Positions 54,118 to 63,670 of a DNA stretch of 64,000 nucleotides are shown here, piece after piece. Location of the stretch: NCBI GenBank assembly GCA_965207225.1, contig CBDBLV010000002.1, forward strand, positions 256,001 to 320,000, in the 5' to 3' direction. Numbering within the stretch: the stretch's first letter is position 1; each line of letters starts with the position of its first letter. Made by a program: the position numbers and the translations under genes. Source of the stretch: Dehalococcoidia bacterium (lineage in GTDB: Bacteria > Chloroflexota > Dehalococcoidia > Plut-88900). The notes below the pieces were generated by a model. The model was not told the DNA's origin, did no database searches, and saw only the letters and a program-made list of their open reading frames with translations.

Positions 54118-55266
54118 CTAAGATGCAAGCCCGTACAGCTTCACCGCGCTCTCTCCAATGATCTGTCTCTGGTCTTCATCGGAGAGATTGCCGATGGTCT
54201 CCCTGAGCTCTGCGAGCGGGTCGGTGTGGCCTTCTCCGTGGGGGTAGTCGGAACCCCAGACCAGCCTGTCGGCACCCAGCATCTGGGCGGTGAAGGCGAA
54301 GGCCTTTTCGTCGGGCTCTCCCGAAATCCAGCACTGCCGCTTGAAGTATTCGCTGGGCAGCATGTCGACATCCGGCTCCCGTGACATGGCCGCGTCCATG
54401 GCATCCAGCCATGCCGGCATCCAGCCGCAATGGGCCTCCACGACGCCCAGCTTCAGGTTTGGGAAACGATCGAACACGCCTCCGTGGATGAACGTGGTGA
54501 AGGCCAGCTGGCAGTCCAGCTTTTGCATGAGCCCGTACCAAAACCCGTTGCTGGTGAATGTGGCTTTATACAGGTCGTGCCCAGTGTACCTGGGGGTGCT
54601 GCTTACGTGAATCCCTATGGGCAGGTCGAGGTCATGGGCCTCGGCCCAGAAGGGGTCGTAGTATTTTTCTCCGTAGGGGACCCCGTTTACGGGTGGATTG
54701 GGGAACATGTAGATGCCCCTGGCCCCGAGCTTTGCCGTCCGCCTGGCTTCCTCGACGCCGTATTCGACTTCCATGAGCGAGATCATGGCGATGGGTATCA
54801 ACCGACCAGGATAGGGTTTGCAAAAGTCGATGATCCAGTCGTTGTACACCCGACAGTAGGCCGCCGCGAGGCCCGCATCCCCGCACTCAGTCTGCCAGTT
54901 GAGTCCCAGGGACGGGTACAGGAAGGCCATGTCGATGCCGTGTTCGTCCATCCACTCTATCCGGGCGTGAGGGTCCCGGGACCCGGGGCTCCGGCAGTCC
55001 TCCCAGTTCAAAAACTCCGGGTTGTGCTCCTGCCTTCTCCACGCCACCCCCTCATCCAGGCTGCCGAGAAACCCCAGCGCACCGTCAAGCACCTGCGACC
55101 GGTTTCCATCAATCTCCAGAAAGTCGAGCCCGTCGTCACCCCTGACAACCTGCATAGCCCTGTCCCGGTACCGGGGTTCGAGGTTTTCGCTCCAGAGGTC
55201 TCCGGGCTCCATGATGTGGCCGTCCGCGTCCGCAACCACTCCGTTGAATTTGCCGTTGGTAGTCAT
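54118..55266 (-). CDS. Amidohydrolase 2 family protein
   Basis: ADADGHIME, YNDW, GVFDRFP, WGSDYPH. Confidence 0.88.
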   Translation of the reverse strand: MTTNGKFNGVVADADGHIMEPGDLWSENLEPRYRDRAMQVVRGDDGLDFLEIDGNRSQVLDGALGFLGSLDEGVAWRRQEHNPEFLNWEDCRSPGSRDPHARIEWMDEHGIDMAFLYPSLGLNWQTECGDAGLAAAYCRVYNDWIIDFCKPYPGRLIPIAMISLMEVEYGVEEARRTAKLGARGIYMFPNPPVNGVPYGEKYYDPFWAEAHDLDLPIGIHVSSTPRYTGHDLYKATFTSNGFWYGLMQKLDCQLAFTTFIHGGVFDRFPNLKLGVVEAHCGWMPAWLDAMDAAMSREPDVDMLPSEYFKRQCWISGEPDEKAFAFTAQMLGADRLVWGSDYPHGEGHTDPLAELRETIGNLSDEDQRQIIGESAVKLYGLAS

Positions 55267-55412
55267 GTCTCGGGCCTCCCTTCTTAAATCCGTGCTCCCT
55301 AGTCCGCCAAGCCTGGCTACTGACGAGGGCCTGCAGCAACCGATTCAAACCCGCACTCAACTCAATGCGGATGACTTTATCATGTAGTGACTGTTATGTT
55401 GCAGGCCCGACC

Positions 55413-56750
55413 CTATTTCCCGATGCAGAAACGGGAAAAGATCGTGTGGAGCAGGTCTTCCGTAACCGTTTCTCCGGTGATCTCTCCCAAGCAGTTCAGC
55501 GCCGCGGTCAGGTCTATGGTCACGAAGTCGTCGGCGATCCCTTCCACCAGGGCCTTCTCCGCGGACGCCAGATGCGCCGCCGCCGACTCCAGCGCAGCCT
55601 TTTGTCGGGCGTTAGATATCAGCGCCTCCCCCGATCTCACACCCTGCCCGTTTAGTGCTGCCTCCACCATACGCTCTTTGAGAGAATCCAGACCCTCGCC
55701 GGTTACCATCGATGTGCGGACCGCTCTCTCAGGCAGTGCCCCGGCCCCGATCCCTCCAGGCAGGTCCGACTTGTTCGCCACCATCACCGCTCTCTCGCCA
55801 TTAGCCCGGCCGATCAACTCGGCATCCTCCTCGGTGAGGGGTTGGCTGGAATCCAGCACCAGGACCACGAGGTCGGCGCCAAGCAGGGCCTGACGGCTCC
55901 TCTCAATGCCGAGGTTCTCTACCGGGTCCGAGGTCTCGGTCAGGCCTGCAGTGTCCACCAGCACGAAGGGGATGCCCTGGATGTTGGCCACTTCCTCCAC
56001 GGTGTCCCGGGTCGTCCCTGCAACCGGCGTGACTATAGCCCTGTCGTGTTCCAGGAGGCGGTTCAGCAAACTGGACTTGCCGACGTTCGGCCGACCCACT
56101 ATCGCTACCCTCACGCCGTGTCGGAAGACGATTCCTGCGTCCGCGGAGCTTATCAGGTCAATGAGGGTTGCATGTGATTTGCGAATTGCCGGAAGCGGGT
56201 CTTCTACGGGTACGTCGTCCTCCGGAAAATCGATGCGGGCTGTCAGATAGGCAAGCACTTCCAGGATAGTCGTGCGTATCTTTTTCACTCGCACCGAAAG
56301 CCCACCCTGGAGCCCGTTCATTGCCACCCTTAGCCCCGCGTCAGTCTTCGCCTCGATGACGTCCCGGACGGCTTCAGCCTGCGAGAGGTCTATCCGGCCG
56401 TTTAGGAAGGCTCGCAGGGTGAACTCCCCCGGGCCCGCCGCCCGGGCCCCACAGCGCAGCAACGCCCCCAAAACCGCCTTCAGAGACACCACCCCCCCGT
56501 GCCCGTAGATCTCCACTGTGTCTTCGCAGGTGTAGCTGTTTGGCGCCAGCATGCAAGTCGCCATCACCTCGTCCACCACAGCTCCGTCTTCTGGGTCGAC
56601 CACCCGCCCCCGGCTTAGGTGACGGTGCCTGAGCTTCCCAGAAAACACCTTGGAGGCAATGGCGAGGGCCTCGGGCCCTGACACCCGAACCACCCCTATG
56701 GCCCCCTCACCTATTGGAGTGGATATGGCGGCTATGGTGTCGTCGTACAA
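55413..56750 (-). CDS. mnmE: tRNA modification GTPase MnmE
   Basis: DTIAAIST, GEFTLRAFLNG, GRPNVGKSS, DTAG, FCIGK. Confidence 0.98.
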   Translation of the reverse strand: MYDDTIAAISTPIGEGAIGVVRVSGPEALAIASKVFSGKLRHRHLSRGRVVDPEDGAVVDEVMATCMLAPNSYTCEDTVEIYGHGGVVSLKAVLGALLRCGARAAGPGEFTLRAFLNGRIDLSQAEAVRDVIEAKTDAGLRVAMNGLQGGLSVRVKKIRTTILEVLAYLTARIDFPEDDVPVEDPLPAIRKSHATLIDLISSADAGIVFRHGVRVAIVGRPNVGKSSLLNRLLEHDRAIVTPVAGTTRDTVEEVANIQGIPFVLVDTAGLTETSDPVENLGIERSRQALLGADLVVLVLDSSQPLTEEDAELIGRANGERAVMVANKSDLPGGIGAGALPERAVRTSMVTGEGLDSLKERMVEAALNGQGVRSGEALISNARQKAALESAAAHLASAEKALVEGIADDFVTIDLTAALNCLGEITGETVTEDLLHTIFSRFCIGK

Positions 56751-56842
56751 GTCTCCCTCCCCCCAGGCAATTATATGCCACGCTGCGCCAAGCCCCCTAC
56801 CTTATTGGTCGGCTATACTGACCTCCGACAAGGAAGCCACCG

Positions 56843-57526
56843 TTGCAAAGACTAATCCTCTTCGACGTAGACCAGACCCTCCTGAGCACCAGGGGTGGTG
56901 ACCGTAAGGCCCTGAATACGGCTTTTCGCGAAATGTATGGAATCGACAACGCCTTTGAAGGAGTGGGATTCGGGGGTCGGATGGACCTTTCGATCATGGC
57001 CGAGGTCTATCGCATCAGTGGAGTTCCGGAAGGGGACAGAAGGGTCGATGAATTCAAGGTGCTGTATTTCAAACATCTGACAGAGATCCTGCCGAAATGG
57101 GATAGCGGGATCGTTTATCCGGGAGTCAGAGAGTTGCTCGGGGCCTTGGAGTCGGAGTCCGGTGTACAAATAGGGCTGGCGACAGGAAACTTCCGCGAGG
57201 CCGCATTTATCAAATTGCAGAGATACGGGCTGGACGGCTTCTTCGAGGAGGGCGGATTCGGTGGAGACCACCCGGAGCGCGCTGCAGTGGTCGCCGACGC
57301 CATAGCCAAATGCCAGGCACTGTCAGGCAATGAATACCAACGAAACGAAATCTTCGTAATTGGGGACTCAATTTCCGATGTTGAGGCGGGTCGGGCGAAC
57401 GGGATCAAAACGGTGGCAGTGACGACGGGTCACTATGACACTGTAAAGCTAGAGTCCCTGGGCCCTACCCACGTCTTCAAAGATCTGTCTGATACCGATA
57501 CAGTTCTTAAGGCGTTGTTGGGCTAA
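56843..57526 (+). CDS. HAD family hydrolase
   Basis: FDVDQT, LATGN, IGDSISD; TTG start. Confidence 0.88.
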   Translation: MQRLILFDVDQTLLSTRGGDRKALNTAFREMYGIDNAFEGVGFGGRMDLSIMAEVYRISGVPEGDRRVDEFKVLYFKHLTEILPKWDSGIVYPGVRELLGALESESGVQIGLATGNFREAAFIKLQRYGLDGFFEEGGFGGDHPERAAVVADAIAKCQALSGNEYQRNEIFVIGDSISDVEAGRANGIKTVAVTTGHYDTVKLESLGPTHVFKDLSDTDTVLKALLG

Positions 57527-57545
57527 GTGCCCCGGAAACCCTGGA

Positions 57546-58241
57546 TTGCAGAGACTCATCCTCTTCGACGTAGACCTGACCCTCGTCACCCTAACTGGTT
57601 GTAACCTCCTAGCGTTGAACAGCGCCTTTGAGGAGGTCCACGGAATCCCCGACGCTTTCCAAGACGTGGTCTTTGGGGGCGGCCTCGACCTTCCCCTGAT
57701 GACCGAGATGTACAAGAAATGGGGCATTACGAAGGGTGATTCCATCGGAGCCCCTGACCTGTCCGCTTTCAAGACCGTGTATTTCGAAGAACTCGGTGAT
57801 GGCTTGGAGGACTGGTCGGAAGGCTATATGTGCCCCGGGGCCCGGGACCTATTGGAAGCCTTGTCAAAAGAGCCTGGGGTGCAGCTTGGCCTCGAAACGG
57901 GAAATTTCCGCGAGGCAGCGTTTCTGAAGCTGAGGAAATTCGGTCTGGACGTTTTCTTCGAAGAAGGGGGGTTCGGTGGCGACTGGATGACCCGTATGGA
58001 AGTCGTTGCCGACGCCATAGCAAAGTGCCAAACCCTCTCAGGCAGGGTCTACGACCATCGAGAAATCTTCCTAATCGGTGACTCGCCTTCCGACGTGGAG
58101 GCGGGCAAGGCCAACGGCATCAACACCGTGGCAGTTGCAACCGGACTCAGAGATCTGGAATCGTTACAAGCCCTCAACCCGACCCACGTTTTCGAAGACC
58201 TGTCGGATACAGGGAGGGTGCTGGGGGTCCTGCTCGGCTGA
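57546..58241 (+). CDS. HAD family hydrolase (tandem paralog)
   Basis: FDVDLT, LETGN, IGDSPSD; TTG start. Confidence 0.88.
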   Translation: MQRLILFDVDLTLVTLTGCNLLALNSAFEEVHGIPDAFQDVVFGGGLDLPLMTEMYKKWGITKGDSIGAPDLSAFKTVYFEELGDGLEDWSEGYMCPGARDLLEALSKEPGVQLGLETGNFREAAFLKLRKFGLDVFFEEGGFGGDWMTRMEVVADAIAKCQTLSGRVYDHREIFLIGDSPSDVEAGKANGINTVAVATGLRDLESLQALNPTHVFEDLSDTGRVLGVLLG

Positions 58242-58245
58242 CCGC

Positions 58246-59712
58246 CTATGCTGAAGACAGCGAGGCCTGGTGCATGTGGTACCCCACGAACTTTGCCAGG
58301 GCTCGGCAAGCCCGGCGCAGATCGGTGTAGGTAAGAAGGCCCGCTTCGGAGAATTCTTCCCGCAGCTTCCGGTAGTCCATCTTTATGCGCGGGTCACGGA
58401 TGCGCACCGGCAGCAGGATAACCACCGGCTTTCCGTTGGAGTGATTCCGGGCAATATCCGCGAAGTCCGCGGCCACGGCCTTCTCCGGATCCGACGTTAC
58501 GTCGGCGTACTCGTTGAGGCTGGGAATCATCAGAAGGACGTCGATAGCTGGGTCGGAGGTGACGAGTTCTGCGGCCTGCTGCTGCTTCTCCCTAACGTTA
58601 GCCATGAATGACAGGTCTACCGGGTTGCGGACGCTGTTTCCCGCGTCGGGGATGAAGTCCCGGAGTCGGGCGCTGGTCTCGTCGGAAAGGACAGCCATGT
58701 CGAGATCTTCCTGGGAACAGATGTCGGAGGCCGCAACGCTGTTGCCCCCACCGCTCCCGATCATGGCCATTCGGTTGCTTCGCGGGACGGGGAGGTGCGC
58801 AAAGGCCTGCATCACGTCAACCACTTCTTCGACCGACCCTGCCCGCACCGCGCCCGTCTGCCGAAAGAAGGCGTCCCAGATGGCGCTCTGCCCGGCCAAC
58901 GACCCCGTGTGAGACGCCGCCGCCCTGGACCCCGACTCGCTCAGGCCGCCCTTCCAGATTATCACCGGCTTCCGTGGATTGATCTCCCTGACCAGCTTCA
59001 GCAGCTTCGGCCCGTTCCTCACACCCTCTATGTACATCCCTATCGACGTTGTGTTGTCGTCCTGACCCAGGAATTCCAGGTAGTCGGGGCTTTCCAGCAC
59101 CAGGGCGTTTCCGAAGCTGATCACCTTGCTGACGCCTATGCCGACGTCCTCGGCCCGGAAGATGAAGTCCATGGCATGACCACCGCTCTGGGCAACAAAG
59201 GCCGACCCTCCGGATTTGTTGCTGATGTCGCCGATAGTGGAGAAGTTGGCCTTCGGTGAGTGGACCCCCAAGCAGTTAGGCCCGACCACCCGGATCCCGT
59301 TCCGGGTCGCGACTTCACGAACGACATTTTCCATCTCTCGGCCTTCGGGCGTGTCTGTTTCGGAGAAGCCGGACGTGAAGACGTGGATGTTGAGCGCCCC
59401 CACCGAGGCGCAGTCTTCCAGGACTCGGGCGAGGACCCGCGCCGGGACGGAGACGGTAACCATGTCGGGCACTTCGGGTAAGGCTGAGACGGAGGGGTAA
59501 CACTTGAGCCCTAGTATCTCGTCGGCCTTTGGGTTTACGGGATAGATCCGGCCCGGATATCCGAGCTTCAGCAGGTAGGGGATGAATTGCCCGGAGGGAT
59601 TGCTCCAGTTGGCGTTCTCCGCCTGGGAGACCCGGGATGCGCCGACCACCGCCACCGACTTGGGATTGAAAGCCTTGGCGAATTCAGAACCGAGGGGAGT
59701 TATCGCTTGAAT
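58246..59712 (-). CDS. CoA-binding protein, ADP-forming acyl-CoA synthetase alpha-like subunit
   Basis: FNPKSVAVVGAS, VVGPNCLG, QSGG, AASHTGSLAG (phospho-His), NPVD; start probably ATT at 59712, first canonical GTG at 59655. Confidence 0.88.
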   Translation of the reverse strand: MQAITPLGSEFAKAFNPKSVAVVGASRVSQAENANWSNPSGQFIPYLLKLGYPGRIYPVNPKADEILGLKCYPSVSALPEVPDMVTVSVPARVLARVLEDCASVGALNIHVFTSGFSETDTPEGREMENVVREVATRNGIRVVGPNCLGVHSPKANFSTIGDISNKSGGSAFVAQSGGHAMDFIFRAEDVGIGVSKVISFGNALVLESPDYLEFLGQDDNTTSIGMYIEGVRNGPKLLKLVREINPRKPVIIWKGGLSESGSRAAASHTGSLAGQSAIWDAFFRQTGAVRAGSVEEVVDVMQAFAHLPVPRSNRMAMIGSGGGNSVAASDICSQEDLDMAVLSDETSARLRDFIPDAGNSVRNPVDLSFMANVREKQQQAAELVTSDPAIDVLLMIPSLNEYADVTSDPEKAVAADFADIARNHSNGKPVVILLPVRIRDPRIKMDYRKLREEFSEAGLLTYTDLRRACRALAKFVGYHMHQASLSSA

Positions 59713-59895
59713 GAGTCCAGGTCCTTGTCCGAGTCGGTCTGCCCGGCAAGGGGCACGGGCCGGGGCCCATTATAGCCGCCTGCGAAGTGGGTCTCAAGGC
59801 GCACTCCACTGGTAGCCTTTCTCCCGGTTGCGGTATACTCACGCTGCATCGCCTCGCACCTGACAAACATCCCAGCGAGGCCCCAGGAGCGCCAC

Positions 59896-60447
59896 ATAAA
59901 CATCGATATCACCGGAAACCACCTCAGACCCCGCGTGGCCATTTTCATCGACGGAAGCAACCTATATCACGCCCTGGAAGAGAACTGCAGCCGTACCGAC
60001 CTCAACTTCCCGAGGTTCGTTAACAAGCTGCTCCGAGGCCGCCAGTTGCTAAGGACCTATTACTACAACATCCTGCAGGACAGCCGGCGCAAACCTCAGG
60101 CTTTTGGCCAACAGCAAAAGTTCCTCACCATCCTGCACAATACGCCCTACCTGGAGGTCAAGCTGGGTCGAGCCGCGATTCGCAAGGGAGTCGCAGTGGA
60201 AAAGGGCGTTGACATTATGCTCGCCACCGACATGCTTCAGCTTGCATGGAAAGACATGTACGATACCGGCATCCTAGTAAGCGGCGACGCCGGCTTCGCC
60301 TACGCCGCCCAAACCGTAAAGGACATGGGCCAGTTCATCGAGGTGGCATGCTTCGAAGCCAACCAGTCAAAGGACCTCCTCGAAGTGTCCGACTCAATGA
60401 TCGAATTCACACCCGAGTTTTTCGAAGGAATCTGGGCCAACAACTGA
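59896..60447 (+). CDS. NYN (LabA/DUF88) domain protein
   Basis: RVAIFIDGSNLYH, EKGVDIMLATD, LVSGDAGF; start ATA 59896 or GTG 59935. Confidence 0.88.
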   Translation: MNIDITGNHLRPRVAIFIDGSNLYHALEENCSRTDLNFPRFVNKLLRGRQLLRTYYYNILQDSRRKPQAFGQQQKFLTILHNTPYLEVKLGRAAIRKGVAVEKGVDIMLATDMLQLAWKDMYDTGILVSGDAGFAYAAQTVKDMGQFIEVACFEANQSKDLLEVSDSMIEFTPEFFEGIWANN

Positions 60448-60534
60448 GCCCCGAGGGCCATATATTCCCGTTGCACACTCAACCAACAACCGGATTACGA
60501 GCAGGGACTGGCAGCGCTGTCATAGGAACGCTCA

Positions 60535-60867
60535 GTGTATCTTGACGGCCTCGAAATAGCCGGACTTGGCGCTGGGATGGTGTTCCTGGCCCTGGTGGTC
60601 ATGCTCGTGTCGACCCTAGTGCTCCGCCTCGTAATCGATAGGATTGACAAGCTCCGAGCGGCGAGAGTAACCGCTGCAGCCCCACCCCCCACCCCGATTG
60701 AAGAGCCGCCGGCAGCCTTTTCGCCCGCAACCCCCGTGGACTCCCCTTCCGTCGCACCCGAATCCACCACGTCCACCGCCAAGGACAAGGCTGCACGAGC
60801 CGCCGCCATCGCCGTAGCCCTTTACCTTACCGAGGAGGAAGAAGCCGAAGGTCGTACCGACCGGTAA
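60535..60867 (+). CDS. OadG family Na+-translocating decarboxylase gamma/delta subunit
   Basis: N-terminal TM GMVFLAL, Pro/Ala linker, AAAIAVAL; directly upstream of the beta subunit. Confidence 0.78.
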   Translation: MYLDGLEIAGLGAGMVFLALVVMLVSTLVLRLVIDRIDKLRAARVTAAAPPPTPIEEPPAAFSPATPVDSPSVAPESTTSTAKDKAARAAAIAVALYLTEEEEAEGRTDR

Positions 60868-60882
60868 GGCGTTGATCTGGAC

Positions 60883-62022
60883 ATGCTTGTAGAGGAGCTT
60901 TTCGAAGGATTTATCGGGCTGGACTGGCGTGACGTGGTGATGATTCTGGTGGGCGGAGCGCTCATCTATCTCGCCATCAAGCACAAGTTCGAGCCACTGC
61001 TCCTCCTTCCCATCGGCCTCGGGGCCATGGTCACCAACCTGCCTCTCGGAGGCCTCACCGACGAGCACGGTTTATTTGGAGTGCTCCGGAGCGCAGGGCT
61101 GGACAATGAGCTGTTCCCCTTACTGATGTTCCTTGGTCTTGGAGCACTCACCGACTTCACCCCCCTCCTTCAACGCCCCACTACCATGCTGCTTGGGGCT
61201 GCGGCCCAAGCCGGCATCTTCGTCAGCCTGATGGCCGCAATTGCCCTAGACTTTTCGCTCAGGGAGTCGGGCTCCATAGCCATCATAGGCTCGGCGGACG
61301 GTCCGACCACCATCTTCGTCGCCAGCCAGCTCTGCCCCGACACCGACACCTGCCCGAACGAGGTACTGGGCCCGGTCGTTGTCGCCGCCTACTCCTACAT
61401 GGCCATGGTGCCTATAATCCAGCCTCCCATCATGAAGCTGCTCACCACCAAGGCCGAGCGCAGCATCCCCATGGAGTACACCGACCGGCCGGTACCCAAG
61501 CTGCTGAAGGTGCTGTTTCCTATCCTGGTACTCATAGTAGGCGGCTTGCTGGCGACCAAGGCCATCCCACTGCTCGCCATGTTCATGTTCGGCAACCTGA
61601 TGCGGGAGTCGGGGGTTGTAGACAGGTTGTCCAATACGGCCCAGAACTCGCTCATCAACATCGTCACCATATTCCTGGGCCTGGTCATCGGCTCCACCAT
61701 GACCGGCGAGAGCTTCCTGGACCTGGAGACCCTCAAGATATTGGGTCTCGGCCTCGGGGCTTTCATAATCGGCACAGCTTCCGGGGTTCTTTTCGGCAAG
61801 ATCATGATGGTGCTGTCCGGCAGGAAGATAAATCCGCTGATAGGGGCGGCGGGGGTGTCGGCCGTGCCCATGGCGGCAAGGGTGGTGCAGCGAGTTGGCC
61901 AGAGCGAACGCCCCAACAATTTCCTGATAATGCATGCGATGGGCCCCAACGTGGCCGGCGTCATCGGATCGGCCCTCGCCGGAGGGGTCATCCTCTCCCG
62001 GGTCCCTGCCCTCGCCGGCTAG
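60883..62022 (+). CDS. Na+-translocating decarboxylase beta subunit (OadB/MmdB/GcdB family)
   Basis: FEPLLLLPIG, IIGSADGPT, AAYSYMA, GVSAVPMAAR, HAMGPNVAGVIGS. Confidence 0.95.
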   Translation: MLVEELFEGFIGLDWRDVVMILVGGALIYLAIKHKFEPLLLLPIGLGAMVTNLPLGGLTDEHGLFGVLRSAGLDNELFPLLMFLGLGALTDFTPLLQRPTTMLLGAAAQAGIFVSLMAAIALDFSLRESGSIAIIGSADGPTTIFVASQLCPDTDTCPNEVLGPVVVAAYSYMAMVPIIQPPIMKLLTTKAERSIPMEYTDRPVPKLLKVLFPILVLIVGGLLATKAIPLLAMFMFGNLMRESGVVDRLSNTAQNSLINIVTIFLGLVIGSTMTGESFLDLETLKILGLGLGAFIIGTASGVLFGKIMMVLSGRKINPLIGAAGVSAVPMAARVVQRVGQSERPNNFLIMHAMGPNVAGVIGSALAGGVILSRVPALAG

Positions 62023-62059
62023 AACCCCAAGTCCTCGGCCCTCGCATCGGAGGTGAAAC

Positions 62060-63661
62060 ATGGCCTCGGACCAGCTCATTCCTGATCTTATCGGCTTCAA
62101 CGGCAACGTCATAACCGTGGACCCCTATAAACCTCGGGCGCAGGCATTCGCCATCCGGGAAGGGGTTTTCGTCGCTGTTGGCGACAACGAGGAGATTAAG
62201 GACCTGGCAGGCCCCCACACACGAAAAATGGATTTCGCCGGAAGCACGGTAGTACCCGGCTTCAACGACGCCCACATCCACGTACTCAGCAGCGGTATCC
62301 GCCACACCCTGATGGCCGACTGCGCACTCCCTTCGATAGGAGAAATCCAGGAGGCCATCCGCTTCCGGGCATCCGACACCGATGCCGGAGAATGGGTCCA
62401 GGGCTTCAAGTTCGACGATACCAAGACCGCCGAGAACCGGTTCCTAAACCGGCAAGACCTCGACCAGGCCAGCCCCGACCATCCCGTCCTGGTGGCCCAT
62501 CGGGCCGGACACGTCTATTACACCAACAGCCTCGGCCTGGCCAGATTGAGAATCGACAAGAACTCGCCTGACCCTTCCGGAGGCCGATACGGCCGGGACC
62601 CGGTAACCGGGGAGCTGGACGGCGTCCTCTATGAGACCGCCGCCGACCCCATCCGCTTCGAGCTTCTCTCCAAGGTTACCCCTGAAGTTCGTCGCGAGGG
62701 GCTAAAGACCATCTGCAAGATGTTCGCCGCAGCAGGCCTGACCTCCGTCCATGATGCCCTGGTCACCAGCGACGACGTTGCCGTATACCAGGAAGCCTGG
62801 GAGCGCGGCGACCTTCCCCTACGCGTGTACATGCTTGTGCATTACAGGTACTTCGGAGGGTTCAAGGCCTCGGGACTGAAGACGGGTTTCGGGGACGACC
62901 GCCTGCGCCTGGGTGGCATCAAGATGGTTAGCGACGGCGCAATAGCCTCCCGCACGGCCTACCTCTCCCGACCCTACGAGGGCAGTGACAGCGATTGCGG
63001 CATCCGGGCAATTGAGCCGGATGAGATGGAAGAGATGGTCAGAGAAGTGCATGATGCCGGTTACCAAGTTGCTGTCCACGCCAACGGAGACGCAACCATC
63101 GACATGGTCTTGACTGCCTACGAAAAGGCTCAAAGGGCCAACCCCCGACAGGACACCCGACACCGGCTGGAACACTGCACCCTCGTCAACCCCGACCTGC
63201 TAAACAGGATGAAGACCCTCGGTGCGGTGGCGACACCCTTCTGCACCTACGTCTACTACCACGGCGAGAAGATGCAGTACTACGGCGAGGAACGGGTACA
63301 GTGGATGTTCGCCCAGCGCTCCTTCCTGGACTATGGTGTCGTTGCCACCGGTGCCACCGACTATCCCCCCGGCCCCTTCGAGCCCCTTCTCGGGATCCAG
63401 AGCTGCGTAACCCGTACCGACAGCAACGGCAACGTCTGGGGCGCAAACCAGCGCATCTCTGTGGAGGAGGCCTTGAAGGTGTACACCATGCACAGCGCCT
63501 ACGCCTCCTTCGAAGAGAACCTCAAGGGCTCCATCACCGCCGAGAAACTCGCCGATTTCACCGTCCTTGCCCAGGACCCGACCGCCGTCGACCCCTTCAC
63601 CATCAAGGACATCCCGGTAGAGATGACGGTGGTCGGGGGCGAGCCTATCTACGAAGCATAG
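62060..63661 (+). CDS. Amidohydrolase 3 family (YtcJ-like)
   Basis: PGFNDAHIH, KMVSDG, HANGD, RLEH, KGSI...LADF. Confidence 0.9.
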   Translation: MASDQLIPDLIGFNGNVITVDPYKPRAQAFAIREGVFVAVGDNEEIKDLAGPHTRKMDFAGSTVVPGFNDAHIHVLSSGIRHTLMADCALPSIGEIQEAIRFRASDTDAGEWVQGFKFDDTKTAENRFLNRQDLDQASPDHPVLVAHRAGHVYYTNSLGLARLRIDKNSPDPSGGRYGRDPVTGELDGVLYETAADPIRFELLSKVTPEVRREGLKTICKMFAAAGLTSVHDALVTSDDVAVYQEAWERGDLPLRVYMLVHYRYFGGFKASGLKTGFGDDRLRLGGIKMVSDGAIASRTAYLSRPYEGSDSDCGIRAIEPDEMEEMVREVHDAGYQVAVHANGDATIDMVLTAYEKAQRANPRQDTRHRLEHCTLVNPDLLNRMKTLGAVATPFCTYVYYHGEKMQYYGEERVQWMFAQRSFLDYGVVATGATDYPPGPFEPLLGIQSCVTRTDSNGNVWGANQRISVEEALKVYTMHSAYASFEENLKGSITAEKLADFTVLAQDPTAVDPFTIKDIPVEMTVVGGEPIYEA

Positions 63662-63670
63662 GGGTTGTTC

